Shown: piece after piece, positions 38,701 through 49,952 of the stretch | Numbering within the stretch: the first letter of the stretch is position 1 | How the letters are laid out: each line of letters begins with the position of its first letter | NCBI RefSeq assembly: GCF_006345805.1 | Contig: NC_043012.1 | Span: 20,894,001-20,958,000, forward strand | Reading direction: 5' to 3' | Origin: Octopus sinensis | Lineage: Eukaryota | DNA length: 64,000 nucleotides | Notes under the pieces: model-generated | Databases searched by the model: none | What the model was told of the DNA's origin: nothing | The model's input: the letters and a program-made list of their open reading frames with translations, nothing else | Position numbers and translations under genes: made by a program

Positions 38701-39750
38701 GTCTAGACATGTTTCTTATTATCAGTAATATACTGGCTCTGTTTCAAGCGACTCTACCCTTTACCGAGATATTGACAACATTGCGCCAAATAAGAAATCA
38801 ATAATGCTATACGTTATAAGCAGTTTGAAATAAATTCAAGCATCAGCGGTGCTTCTTGTTTCGAAAATCTTGACTTAATTAACTAAATTAATCCTGTTCT
38901 TATCAGACTGTATCAATACATTATCGACTATATTTAAAACAAATTTATTCATAAATATGGAAATCATATTTTCTTTCGAATACATGAAGATGTTTTTACA
39001 TAAGGAAATATATTCTGGACATTTACTTTGAAACGAATAGTTATTAATATCTTGCGAAACATAATTCTTTAACTACTATAAGACAAGTGTGCGTGTGTGT
39101 TAATGCGGTGCGGATTATTTCTTATTCTGAAGCATAGATATGATTTGGATTGGTAGAATGCTTAAGGGATTAAGATCTGTAGTTCGTGATGTCAAAAACA
39201 TCTGTTTTCAGCCAATACAGGTTCTTTGAATTAGTAAGCGCTGTTGACGGCACTGATTCTAAAACTTGATAGCTGAATGCTAATCTCGTGATGTATACGT
39301 AAAGACAGAAAGAAAAAATAAGGAAATGTTATGCGTTGTGTTCAAACTAAGTACTATGAAATATTTCATATTTCGACAGTACGTATCATTTTAAAGATCA
39401 AATCTTGAGAAATATCTTCCACGAAGAAATATCTTCTCTCTTATCCTCACTACTCACTGTCTTCCCCTTCTCTCTTTCCTCTTTCTTTCCTTCTTTCTTT
39501 CTCGCTTTGTCTTTCTCTCTCTCTCTCTTTCTGTATATATATTATATATATATATATATATAGATAAATAGATAGATAGATATACATACACAGGCGCACA
39601 TATGTGTGTGTGGGGGGTGTACGCGCGAATTATGTATTATATATATATATAATATATATATATATATATGCTTCTATATAAGATACAATTCTTATAACTA
39701 TATATATATATATATATATGTATGTATGCAGATGTTATATATATACATAC

Positions 39751-39783
<33 letters not shown>

Positions 39784-39816
39784 ATTAGTATTATATATAT
39801 ATGTATATTATGCAGA

Positions 39817-39872
<56 letters not shown>

Positions 39873-40744
39873 CTATGCTACGATGTATATTAAGCAGATA
39901 CGGGTATGAGCAAAATAGGAGAGTTCTACATGAGTGTATTTTCCTGTTTATATTTCTTATTAACAGCTTCTCTCTCAATATATACTTGCATTAATGCATG
40001 TATGTGGATATATATATATATAGATATACAGATATAGATATATATATATATATAAGAGAGAGAGAGAGATATTGATATAGATATATGTATATTGTGTACA
40101 CATACATAGACACACACATTAATCTTTTTTATGAGTTGTTCTTCAAATTTTCACTTACATTCGGCAAAGAGTCTTGTAACTTATCGATAACGACATGCCA
40201 GTCGACTAGCTATGATTAAAATCTCGTAGATTTTAAAAATGTTGTTATACGTTTGTTTATATATTTTCTTGTTTAGTTTTCTCTATTCGTTTTTTTTCCC
40301 CCATACAAATACTTACATATATCTCTACGCTGTATCCATATCAAATCTTCAATTTTACTGATCTACTGCATGAGATAAGAATTGGTGATGGATGCGAGCA
40401 ACTTTTAAAAGAAAAGCATTTGGTTTCATTTGACCTTGTAAGAACAATTTATTACAGATTCCTTCTTCTATATCGTTGCATAAAGTCAACATTAAAAGGG
40501 TAGATAGTATGAAATATGACATCTTAATAACATTTTGTTTTTATAAAATTCTTGAAAATGTCACTAAACCTATAAAGATATTTTCTGCCTGTGATAAAAA
40601 CTCTATAATTCATCTCTCTATATGTATCTTTCTAACAAATATGTAAATATAAACTTTTACATATATACAGATGCATTATCGATTTATGCTTCTGTATACA
40701 GACACACACGCACCAGTGAAAAAAATGCAACGCATACATTTATA

Positions 40745-40827
<83 letters not shown>

Positions 40828-41312
40828 TAAATAAATAAGATGTCAGTGTTATTTTCATTTTTGCGTAATTTAGACGACAGTTTATTCACCGCACGCTGTA
40901 TATATATATTTACTCACACACATATACACACACGCACACATTATGCGTATCGATACAGGTATAAAATAAGCTATTTTATAGGCTTGTTTATGTGTAGTAT
41001 AATTTGTTGGCTTATTTATATGAATGACCGGAGTGAGAGTTTGTAGAATTACCACGCCAACCCTTTCCTGTCATGCAGTAATTTAATCCCCTTTCTACCC
41101 TGAACTATGGTCTTGTATTGATGAACGCTGACGTCAAAGGTTCTAAAGGTTTCTATCGTTTATTGGGTTTTCCCTGTAACATATATGTTGAGCGATTCAT
41201 CATTAAATAAATATTCTTCTTCCTAACACTTAGCAGTTTTCTACAGCATTCAGACGTGGCCTAAATTGTTTCATGGTTACCGTTATCGAGGGAGTAATAT
41301 TTTAGCGATACT

Positions 41313-41524
41313 AAGGCGGCGAGCTGGCAAAAGCGATAGCACGCCAGGCGAAATGCTTACCCGTATTTCGTCCGTCTTTACGTTCTGAGTTCAAATTCCA
41401 CCGAGGTCGACTTTGCCTTTTATCCTTTGGGGTCGAAAAATTAAGTACCAGTTATGCACTGAGAACGATGTAATCGACAATCCGCCTCCTACAAATTTCG
41501 GGCCTTGTGCCTAGAGTAGAAAAG
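41313..41524 (+). mobile_element. SINE family A, tail type 2, with 17-bp TSD
   Basis: AATATTTTAGC(G/A)ATACT at 41296-41312 and 41525-41541. Confidence 0.92.
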
Positions 41525-42417
41525 AATATTTTAGCAATACTTCATATAAAAAAGAGTATTTTTTTATGTGTATAAACATTTGCTTTGATGATTTTAAAGC
41601 TGACTCACCTGGTGTCGTACGATATCAAATTTTTCTGTCAAATAAGAGAACAAAAAGAGAGAGACAAATTCAGCGTTAAGTATCTTCGTTATTCAAATAC
41701 TTTCAGTAAACAACACTCCTTCAATTAGTGACCAATCAAAAACTGGTTCACATAGAAATTTTCAGATACAGCTCTAATACATGCTCAAGAGATTCAAAAG
41801 TTCTGTTGCACTATTTCAGTCCACATGAAATATTGGAAATTTAAGTGTTTCACTGTTGGCCAGTACGAACCAATCGGGAACACTTATAACGCATTCTGTG
41901 AGAATTAAGCAGGGAAATCCATCAACGAACTTTTACGCGGTTACACATTCTATGAGAATTAGCAGGAAAAAATCTTATTCAAAGAACATCATTCGCTCAG
42001 TGAAAGGGACGGAACACGTGAGATAAATAGTTGATCGTAGAATTGATCGAGTGAGCCAGAGCTGAGCGGGAAGAACCACAAACAATCACATTAAAGTTGG
42101 ATAAGGTTCATAATCAAAACAATTGTTCTGCATAGTTGAATTTTTATGAACAACTTAGTATCATAGAAAAGAAGAACACACACATACGTGCACACATTTA
42201 CTTTATACGCGCGCAAACACACACACATACACACACACACATATATATAATCAGGTACGATCCAGGTACACGATTTTGATAAGCCACAAAAAAGGTGAAA
42301 TAATGGGAGGATCTATCACTGATGAATGGGATCGGAGTCGTGTTGCCACGCCGGTCTATTGGCAGTGCCCAAGTATAGCTACACCCTTTCGGCTGAAACT
42401 TATAAAAAGATATATAT

Positions 42418-42454
<37 letters not shown>

Positions 42455-42519
42455 GTGCGGGGGGGTGTTTGTGTATAGTTTATGTGTGTTCAGATAGATA
42501 GATATTATAATTTTACATG

Positions 42520-42828
42520 ATGTGGTATCGGCTTAAATGTGTTAACTGGGCAAATTGACTTACGGAGATGTAAACAAACCGACACCGGTTTTTAAGTGCT
42601 GAAGACAAATACAAACACATCGTCACACACACACACCTACATATATACATACATACACATACATGAGCTTCGACAGAGTACCGCCTACCAAATTCACTCA
42701 CACTCTATTGGTTGGCCTAGGGCTATAGTAGAAGACAATACCCTCAAGGCCCCGTGCAGAGGGACTGAACCCGAATCTAATTGGTAGCAATGCGAATATC
42801 TTAACGTCACAAGTCACGCATGCGCATA
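42520..42828 (-). mobile_element. SINE family B, degraded
   Basis: CTACCAAATTCACTCAC..GGCTATAGTAGAAGAC..GGGACTGAACCC. Confidence 0.7.
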
Positions 42829-43620
42829 TTTCCTCACAAGCAAAACCAATTGTAAAAGATAAACTCCAGGCACAACAGAGACACGATTTCGATTATGCCG
42901 ATCCAGCAAGTCTACGGAAAAGAGTCACCGAGTACATTTTATTCCGTCTCACTTTAGCGAACCTTTTTATGTCACACATCAGTATTTTAAATTAATATCT
43001 CCTTCTTTATAATAAAACTCATTTTTTAAATGTAATTCGAATGAACGTTCAGCGAGGAAAGCTTTTCATCTGATGGTATCCCAAGAGTAATTAGTACAAA
43101 AATATGTCTTAAATAATATACGAAGAGTAAATCGTAAAAGTACGCAGATTTTATTCAACATCTTTTATGTTTAAATTGGGCGAATATCATTGAAAATTCT
43201 ATAGCAAAATAGCATTGCTTTTCATTTAACAACGAAATGAATGCCATTATCGATATTTCTTTCCAATTTCTATAACACAATTTTGTTTTGTTATTTTAAT
43301 GACGAAAATCAACTTTTGTAAATGATGTATATAACGGTAAGTTTATGTTGATAGCTTTTATTTTCTATTCGCGACAGTAGAAAACGCGCGCGCGCAAACA
43401 CGCCCACAGTGATAATCATGTATACGAACATATATATATATAGAGAGAGAGATAGATATGTTTCTTTATTAGCCACACAGGGCTGCACACAGACAGGACA
43501 AAATAACAACGTAGAGCTTTTCTTTTGGGGGTAAAAGATCAAAAGGGATCGTAAATGGAAAGAAAGAGGACAAAAAGGGGGGGATAAAAAAGGGGGGGAG
43601 GGAAAGGAAAAAATTTGATC

Positions 43621-43702
43621 AATAGGGATCTTTATCACAGAAATAGGGATCGTTATCACAGAAAATAGGGATCGTTATCACAGAAATAGGGATCGTTATC
43701 AC

Positions 43703-43784
<82 letters not shown>
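43621..43784. repeat. 20-21-bp minisatellite x4 (AATAGGGATCGTTATCACAG) followed by (GATA)n
   Basis: Direct reading; units are contiguous with no spacers. Confidence 0.9.
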
Positions 43785-43785
<1 letters not shown>

Positions 43786-43898
43786 GTGTGGGCGTGACTA
43801 TGTGGCAAGAAATTTGCTTCACAACTGCATAGTTCTGAGTTCAGTCCCAATGCGTGGGACCTTGGGCATATATTATTTACTGTAGCCCTAACCAAGCC
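43786..43898 (+). mobile_element. SINE family B 5' half, truncated at its junction with Tx1
   Basis: Head and CCTTGGGCA core; ends at CCAAGCC, which is shared with the Tx1 fragment. Confidence 0.7.
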
Positions 43899-46147
43899 AG
43901 GGATTTCTGGTAATTATCCAGATAGCCCGGCCCGAACGTTCTCCTGAACGGGTTGATGAAATGATTTTCATCGTAGCCCAGGGTCTCCGCCAAGGTGTCT
44001 TCGGACATGGTCTCTACTAATCCGCTATACAAATCCTCGGTGGAACTCCTGCTGCTGGCACTGCCCGCCCGAGAGAGTAGCTGAAGTGCACTCCAATTGC
44101 CACTTCCCTATTCTAGGTCTCTGTTTGAACCATGTACCCATGTCCGTTAAAGACGTTAACTGCGGAAGATAGAACCGGACGTGCGTGTGACCACACCTGC
44201 TCTCCATCCAGGTAAATTCAGAGGTGCCTCAACCTAAACGCGAATTTTCGCATCTTCAGCCAAGGCATCCCTAACCCACCCTTTAGCGTTTTCTGGCAGC
44301 AGGTAGAGCGCTTCACCAGTGGATTTCCTCCCTTCCACAAAAAGCGGAAAAGGATTCTCTCCAACTTGTTCAGTCACAAATCAGGGCAAGGCACCATGGT
44401 CATACGGCAGGTGATTACTGATGCTATAAACATCTGCACCACCTCCACCCTCCCTAGCAAGGATAACACCCGCCCAGACCACGTCTGGGTTAGAGCAGTT
44501 ACCTTGCTGGTCACCTTACTCCAATTTTTCTCTATCTGGAGGTCTGGACCAATCAAAACTCCAAGCAGCTTAACAGGACCTGCCATCCAACGCCCCACGA
44601 CGTAATTGGAAGCCATCGGATTGCCCCTCCATGTGTCGAGTTTCAAACCGACCAACTTGTCCTTGTTAAACTTTGCTTCTGTCACCGCCTTGTAACTTTT
44701 AATGGCCTTTTCCACCACTAGAAGCTGGCCCTCATCTGCCACGATGATGGAGATGTCATCCGCATACGCCGTAGCTCTTCTACCACACCATAGATCATGT
44801 GGCGTGCCCACTAGCACCTCCAAATGGGATAACGAATTCCTCGTCTATCACTTAGTAAGGGGCCACAGTTTCTTCCGTCGGTGGCACAAGTTCAACCTAC
44901 AGAGTTTCGAGACATGCCGGTAGTGTCGTATTAACCGCCGGCAATGCCCCGTTTTTCTTCTCTTTTTTTCTTTTGCCACGGGAGGGGTGGAGGTCTTCCG
45001 TTCTGTTCGGGAGATTTTCCTTCCCTTCCGCAGCCTTAGGATCCCTCGGTGGGCAACCATTGCCACCTACCTTCTTCCTCTTTCGGCCCTTTTTCGTCGA
45101 GGAGGTCTCCACATCCTCGACCATCACCTTCTCACCCTCCGGAGGAGGAGGGGGAGCTCTTCCTCAACCAACTCTTCCAGGTCACTACTCTGGTCCTCGG
45201 AACAGTTCTTATCAATGTGGCCCGGTTCCAGGCTCAGGTGACACTTGGGGAGGCGTCCCTCAAGTATGAAAAACAGCTTTTGACCCAACCCGATCAACCG
45301 CCGGCAACATTTTTACATTAAGAAGCTTGGACCTGCTGTCACCTAAACTCCAGCGGATAGTGTCTTCTATCCACTCGGGTTCTATCCCAGGTGGTAACCC
45401 GCAGAACCAAGGTCTTGTCACCTTCTCTGTGCTAGCCTCTTCAGGGGTGTCAAATAGCAACCACACCGTTGCATACTTGAACCCCCTGGAAATAAATTTT
45501 ATAGATGGTAGATACTCTGCCAACTCTTTTTCAATTCGTATCTTTTTAAAGAGTGCGTCGGTGTCGAGCGACTTTGAGTAAGTCCTCAACACCATCGTCC
45601 TCTCATCAAAGTCTTTCATCCCCTGTTTGGGTGGGAAAATCTCCCACTCCAACGCAATGTTGTTCATCTTTTTGCCATGCTTTGGGGGGGAAAAGGTTCA
45701 CAGAAAAAAACAGAAGTCTAAATGAAGGAAGGAAGGAAAAAGAAAGAAAAACAGTTAAAAAACACAGCAAATTGTTCTTCTGGCTGTCTTAGTACTCCTG
45801 GTCAACTCGATAATCCACTTGGTAATCTAGGGTACAAAACAGTCACACAATTTCACCAAAAAGGGGTAGAAAATAAGCACAATGTTCGCAATTATTGGAC
45901 GACAGATGCGCCCCCAAAACACACTTCTCACCGCTAAGTGAGACTCTAAGCTCAACTACAGGCAGACAAATGCCCGGAACTCAGTGGAAATTTCTTGTCC
46001 GACAAAATAAATAAACACGGGCAACAAACCCCCACTGAATACCCATAAAACAAATGTCTTACCTTGTAGTTGTGCTTCACTTGTTCAATATTTCACGATG
46101 TTGGTGTATAGCGTCGTGACTCCTAGCAGTGTAAAGAAAAACACTGA
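43892..46147 (-). mobile_element. Tx1/L1-like LINE: 5'UTR, ORF1 and C-terminal half of RT; internally deleted and 3'-truncated
   Basis: ORF1 (MAKK)MNNIALEWE..GLPPGIEPEWI.., knuckle GRLPKCHL(S)LEPGHIDKNC and a basic tail. Deletion junction at ~44830. Then TAYADDI, LLGVLIGPDLQIEKNW, LSLLGRVEV, KQRPR and ..YLDNYQKSLAW. Confidence 0.82.
45718..46062 (-). other. Predicted 345-nt GT-AG intron in the Tx1 5'UTR
   Basis: Donor CAAG|GTAAGA, branch TTTTAAC at ~45755, ~30-nt pyrimidine tract, CATTTAG| acceptor. ATG in AGCATGG lies 39 nt downstream, at 45678. Confidence 0.6.
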
Positions 46148-46160
46148 CCAGCGCATGCGC
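46142..46160 (-). promoter_or_regulatory. Putative Inr (TCAGTG) with an upstream GCGCATGCGC palindrome at the Tx1 5' end
   Basis: Motif match only. TCAGT is the invertebrate Inr, and GCGCATGCGC is the NRF1/Ewg consensus. Confidence 0.35.
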
Positions 46161-46198
46161 GGAAGCAAGCCTCTTACCACACAGCCACGCCTGCGCCT
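46161..46198 (-). mobile_element. Isolated 38-bp SINE family B head
   Basis: AGGCGCAGGCGTGGCTGTGTGGTAAGAGGCTTGCTTCC, ending before the B box. Confidence 0.8.
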
Positions 46199-46711
46199 AA
46201 TTTTCTGTTTAAATGTATATTCCCACCACCGCTCAAGGCGAAACAATTTCTACCTGACTTTGACATAACTCTGAGTTATGGTTAAATATCCAACATGACT
46301 TACATCTCCTTCTCTTATGGATAAAAATATGAATCTCCTAGATTAAAATTTTCTACAATTTTCCTTCTCAAGTTCATTGTATTTTTGTTTATACTTCCTG
46401 CACTGAAGAGTACATTGACATATTTAATTAATTTTATTAATTTAATTTAATTCAATCATGAATTTACATAATTATCTTTATATCTCTGTACGAAATGATC
46501 GCCTGCAAAAATTAAACTTCTTATAGATTTTAACAACTTGTTAAAACAAATTGATGAGTTTTATGGGTCTTCTTTCCATAATTTAACCATAAATTATATA
46601 CAAGTATTACTTCCATATCTTCGCAAATTTACGCATGTAAAGAATCAACATTAGAAATCTCTTTTGGGAACCTCCAAACGTAATGGACGAATCTACATTC
46701 AACCTTTTACA

Positions 46712-46780
<69 letters not shown>

Positions 46781-46806
46781 CATACATACATACATACATA
46801 CATACA

Positions 46807-46835
<29 letters not shown>

Positions 46836-46837
<2 letters not shown>

Positions 46838-47067
46838 TTCTTTACTACCCACAAGGAGCTAAACACAGAGGGGACAAACAAGGACAGACAAATGGATTAA
46901 GTCAATTACATCGACCCCAGTGCGTAATTGGTACTTAATTTATCGACCCCGAAAGGATGAAAGGCAAACTCGACCTCGGTGGAATTTGAACTCGGAACGT
47001 AATGACAGATGAAATACGGTTACGCATTTCGCCCGGCGCGCTAACGTTTCTGCCAGCCCGCCGCCTT
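46836..47067 (-). mobile_element. SINE family A, tail type 1
   Basis: Highly similar to 10586, 52169 and 54491. Confidence 0.9.
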
Positions 47068-47133
47068 TGTATGTGTGTGTGTGGGCGCGCGCGTGTATTT
47101 GTGCATATATGTCTCTCTGTGTGTATAGATGTA

Positions 47134-47181
<48 letters not shown>

Positions 47182-47246
47182 CACACAAGTGAGTGGAAAA
47201 ACGAAAGGAGGGCACTCAATACATATATTGGGAGTTTTATGTATAT

Positions 47247-48008
47247 ATCAAACCGTTTGATTCAAACTCCTTGATACTTTGATGGCTAGTCTCCGGCGAT
47301 TAGGAGTCTGTGTTAATAGCTGGACGTAAGCCTGTGATTGATCCAGGAAGGTCACGTTGTGTTGCAGTTTGAGGCTGGTATATCAGCGACAACAATTACC
47401 TAGAAAATACCGCATGGTGAACAGGAAATTGACCGCGTGATAGAGAGGATATCGTTCGCGTAGTTGCGATGAAAATAGAAAAGGATGGTAGATGGGGGGG
47501 TATATAAGTATATGTGTGCATGAATATGCCCACATATTGTCGGCATCCAGTGGCTTGAAGTTTACCAGAAGCGTGTACCTCTAGTGAGAGCAATACGATA
47601 CCTCGTATCTATTCTTGATGGATAGTGCAGATTGATAGATGATATGCAGTTTTTTCACGGAGGATGACCTGGAAATTAGGGGCACCAGGTGAATAAGGTT
47701 GTCGCGCTGTCAACAATAGTCCACTTGATGCTGGGTGTCTCACCTCGGAGGTGACAAAATCTCCAGAGAGAGCGCGACGGGTAAGTGGAGTTCTCTCTGT
47801 TTCTAGTTCTAAATGAATGCAAGTTCTGGGAGTATCTTCCCTTGAAGTCATTGGCTGTCACGCCCGTATTGTGCCTAGCAATGCTATCGGATGGTGTTAT
47901 AAACATTGGCTCTCTTCCAGCTAACTCTCATTGAAACTCCTAAAGGCCGACGACTAGCAACAAACTGGAAACTCAGAGCACCATTAAGTTTGAATCAAAC
48001 TGTTTGAT
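47247..48008 (-). mobile_element. Penelope-like element fragment (GIY-YIG C-terminus) with inverted termini
   Basis: Broken frames give (N)TGVTANDFKGRYSQNLHSFR..ENST..SR.LW, IKWTIVDSA, PYSPGAPN, LREK, NRYEVSYCSH, typical of PLE endonucleases. 22-bp inverted termini match at 21/22 and extend degenerately to ~90-100 bp. Confidence 0.75.
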
Positions 48009-48022
48009 CCACACACACACAA

Positions 48023-48055
<33 letters not shown>

Positions 48056-48599
48056 GTAGGATGAGAAAGAGAAAGTTCTTGGTATAGTATTATAAATACT
48101 TGAAAAAATGAGTAGAGATGGCTTTTTTTTTGAGGAGATAATTTATATTTTAATCTTAATAGTACTGTTTAAACGCTATTATAAAGATTAAATTAAAAAG
48201 TATTCCCGCAAAGAGAGCCATATCTACTCAATCTTTCAAACACACACTCACGCGCACATATATCAACAATAACCTATTTTCAATACCCAATGAGAGCAAA
48301 CCGTTAAACGCTTGCAGTAATCCCTTACTATTTACAAATATATTTATATTATATTATATTATATTATATTATATTATATTATATCATATTATATTATAGA
48401 TGCATTGTGTACTACCTAAATTTAATGATTTTTTTGTGTCTTCTTTTTTATAGAACATTTTGAAGCCTTGGTGAACAGTCAGCGTCGATGGTGATCATAA
48501 ATGTTTAATGTTGTAGAAGCGATAAATGTTGGCTGACATGAAGGATTGGATGCCATCCGAATATTTTAAAGAGAGTTACCTGTCACGTGATGATTCGTA

Positions 48600-49195
48600 C
48601 CAGGTCTCAAAATGCCAACTGTAAAGACTGTAAGACATGATATTAACGACAGCGACTACGAGGCCATGGTGAGCAGGACAGAACTTAGCAGTTATTCTGA
48701 TTGCATCATGCCACCCCGAATCTTTGAACAGGGCTTTAGGCTCAGTTCAGACGATCACGTGAGGGTATCTGGAGATGGTTACTGCTTGGAGGCCATATGA
48801 ATGATAGCAGGATTCGGTTCCTTACCATAAATCTGGAAAGAGGCAGAAGTGGTTGTCGGAAAATTTCTTCAGTTTGACCAACCTCAACTTCTGGCCTCTT
48901 AATTTCCCCGATTGTAATCCGATGGATTACTACATGTGGGGAGTGGTTGAGAAAGACACCAACTGTTCTATGTGCAACACCAGGGACGAGCAGGTGGCCA
49001 AGAGCTAGGGAGGTCCTTGAAAAAGTTTTCAGGGACATAGTGAGCGACGCTCGCCAATTCCGGAGCCATCTTACAGGCGTTGTGGAAACTGATGACAGAT
49101 ACCTTGAGTGAGCTGTTATCTCGCTGCTACAATCATAATTTGTTTTTGAAAGGGATGTTGTGTTTCTTTTCCTTTTACACACAAACTGTCAAATC
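48600..49195 (+). mobile_element. Tc1/mariner DD37D (maT-type) transposase relic, internally deleted
   Basis: IMPPRIFEQGFRLSSD; QDSVPYH (D at 48811) then exactly 37 residues to NFPDCNPMD (D at 48925), followed by YYMWG. Confidence 0.85.
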
Positions 49196-49201
49196 TAGAC
49201 A

Positions 49202-49234
49202 GAAACCCCCATCGTCTTAACCGACGGAGTGTCA

Positions 49235-49272
<38 letters not shown>

Positions 49273-49305
49273 TGACACTCCGTCGGTTAAGACGATGGGG
49301 GTTTC
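49202..49305. repeat. Perfect 104-bp palindrome centred on (AT)17
   Basis: 35-bp arms 49202-49236 and 49271-49305 are exact reverse complements. Confidence 0.95.
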
Positions 49306-49615
49306 AGTTGATCTTATCAAAGGAACAGCCTACTTGTAAAATTAACATGCAAGTGGCTGAGCACACCACAGACACGTGTACGCTTAACGAGATTCAGCGT
49401 GAAACAGTGTGTGACTAGGCTGGCCCTTTGAAATACAGGTACAACAGAAACAGGAAGAAATAGTGAGAGAAAGTTGCGGTGGAAGAATACAGCAGTGTTC
49501 GCCACCGCACCCTGCCGGATCCACGTGGACCTTTAGGTGTTTTCGTTTAATAAACACTCGCAACGCCCGGTCCGGGAATCGAAACTGCGATCCTATGATC
49601 CTAGGCACTGAGTCG
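49271..49615 (-). mobile_element. SINE family C-related copy with a different head
   Basis: Body matches 18698-18870; the head region has GGGAATCGAAAC (reverse complement of a B-box-like motif). Confidence 0.75.
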
Positions 49616-49867
49616 AGTCGAAAAATGAAATATGTACGCAATGAAAATAGAGGAATGCATGCGGGGGTACCGAAGTACAACAGAAAGATATTCAGATTAT
49701 GTATACGACTGAACCCGATTGAGTTTATTAATAGCTCAGAGGGTAATTAGAAAACGCACATTGTAATAAATGTACGGTCCATAATATACTTCGGATCTAC
49801 GCAAGGAGCAGGTTTCGAGGGAGGCGAATAACAAATGAATAAACAACGAACGATGGATAACGTGTCA

Positions 49868-49952
49868 GTTCACTACTATTGTTTCGAGCGACTTTTAAAT
49901 TTATTAATGGAGATATTAGATCATGAGAAAAAGCTGTTTTCATCAGGTGGAT
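49868..49952 (-). ncRNA. Type I hammerhead-ribozyme-like motif with canonical core
   Basis: Minus RNA: AUCCAC CUGAUGA [54 nt] GAAAC AAUA GUA GUGAAC. Stem III is AC/GU, stem I is CAC/GUG plus one pair, the cleavage triplet is GUA, and the base of stem II is weak. Confidence 0.45.

Noticed and set aside
38850-38912. CUGAUAA..GAAAC on the minus strand
   Set aside because: The C3-A8 pair is mismatched and no NUH triplet or stem III follows.
43621-43702. CRISPR-like short repeat array
   Set aside because: Units are contiguous with no unique spacers, there are no cas genes, and the context is eukaryotic.
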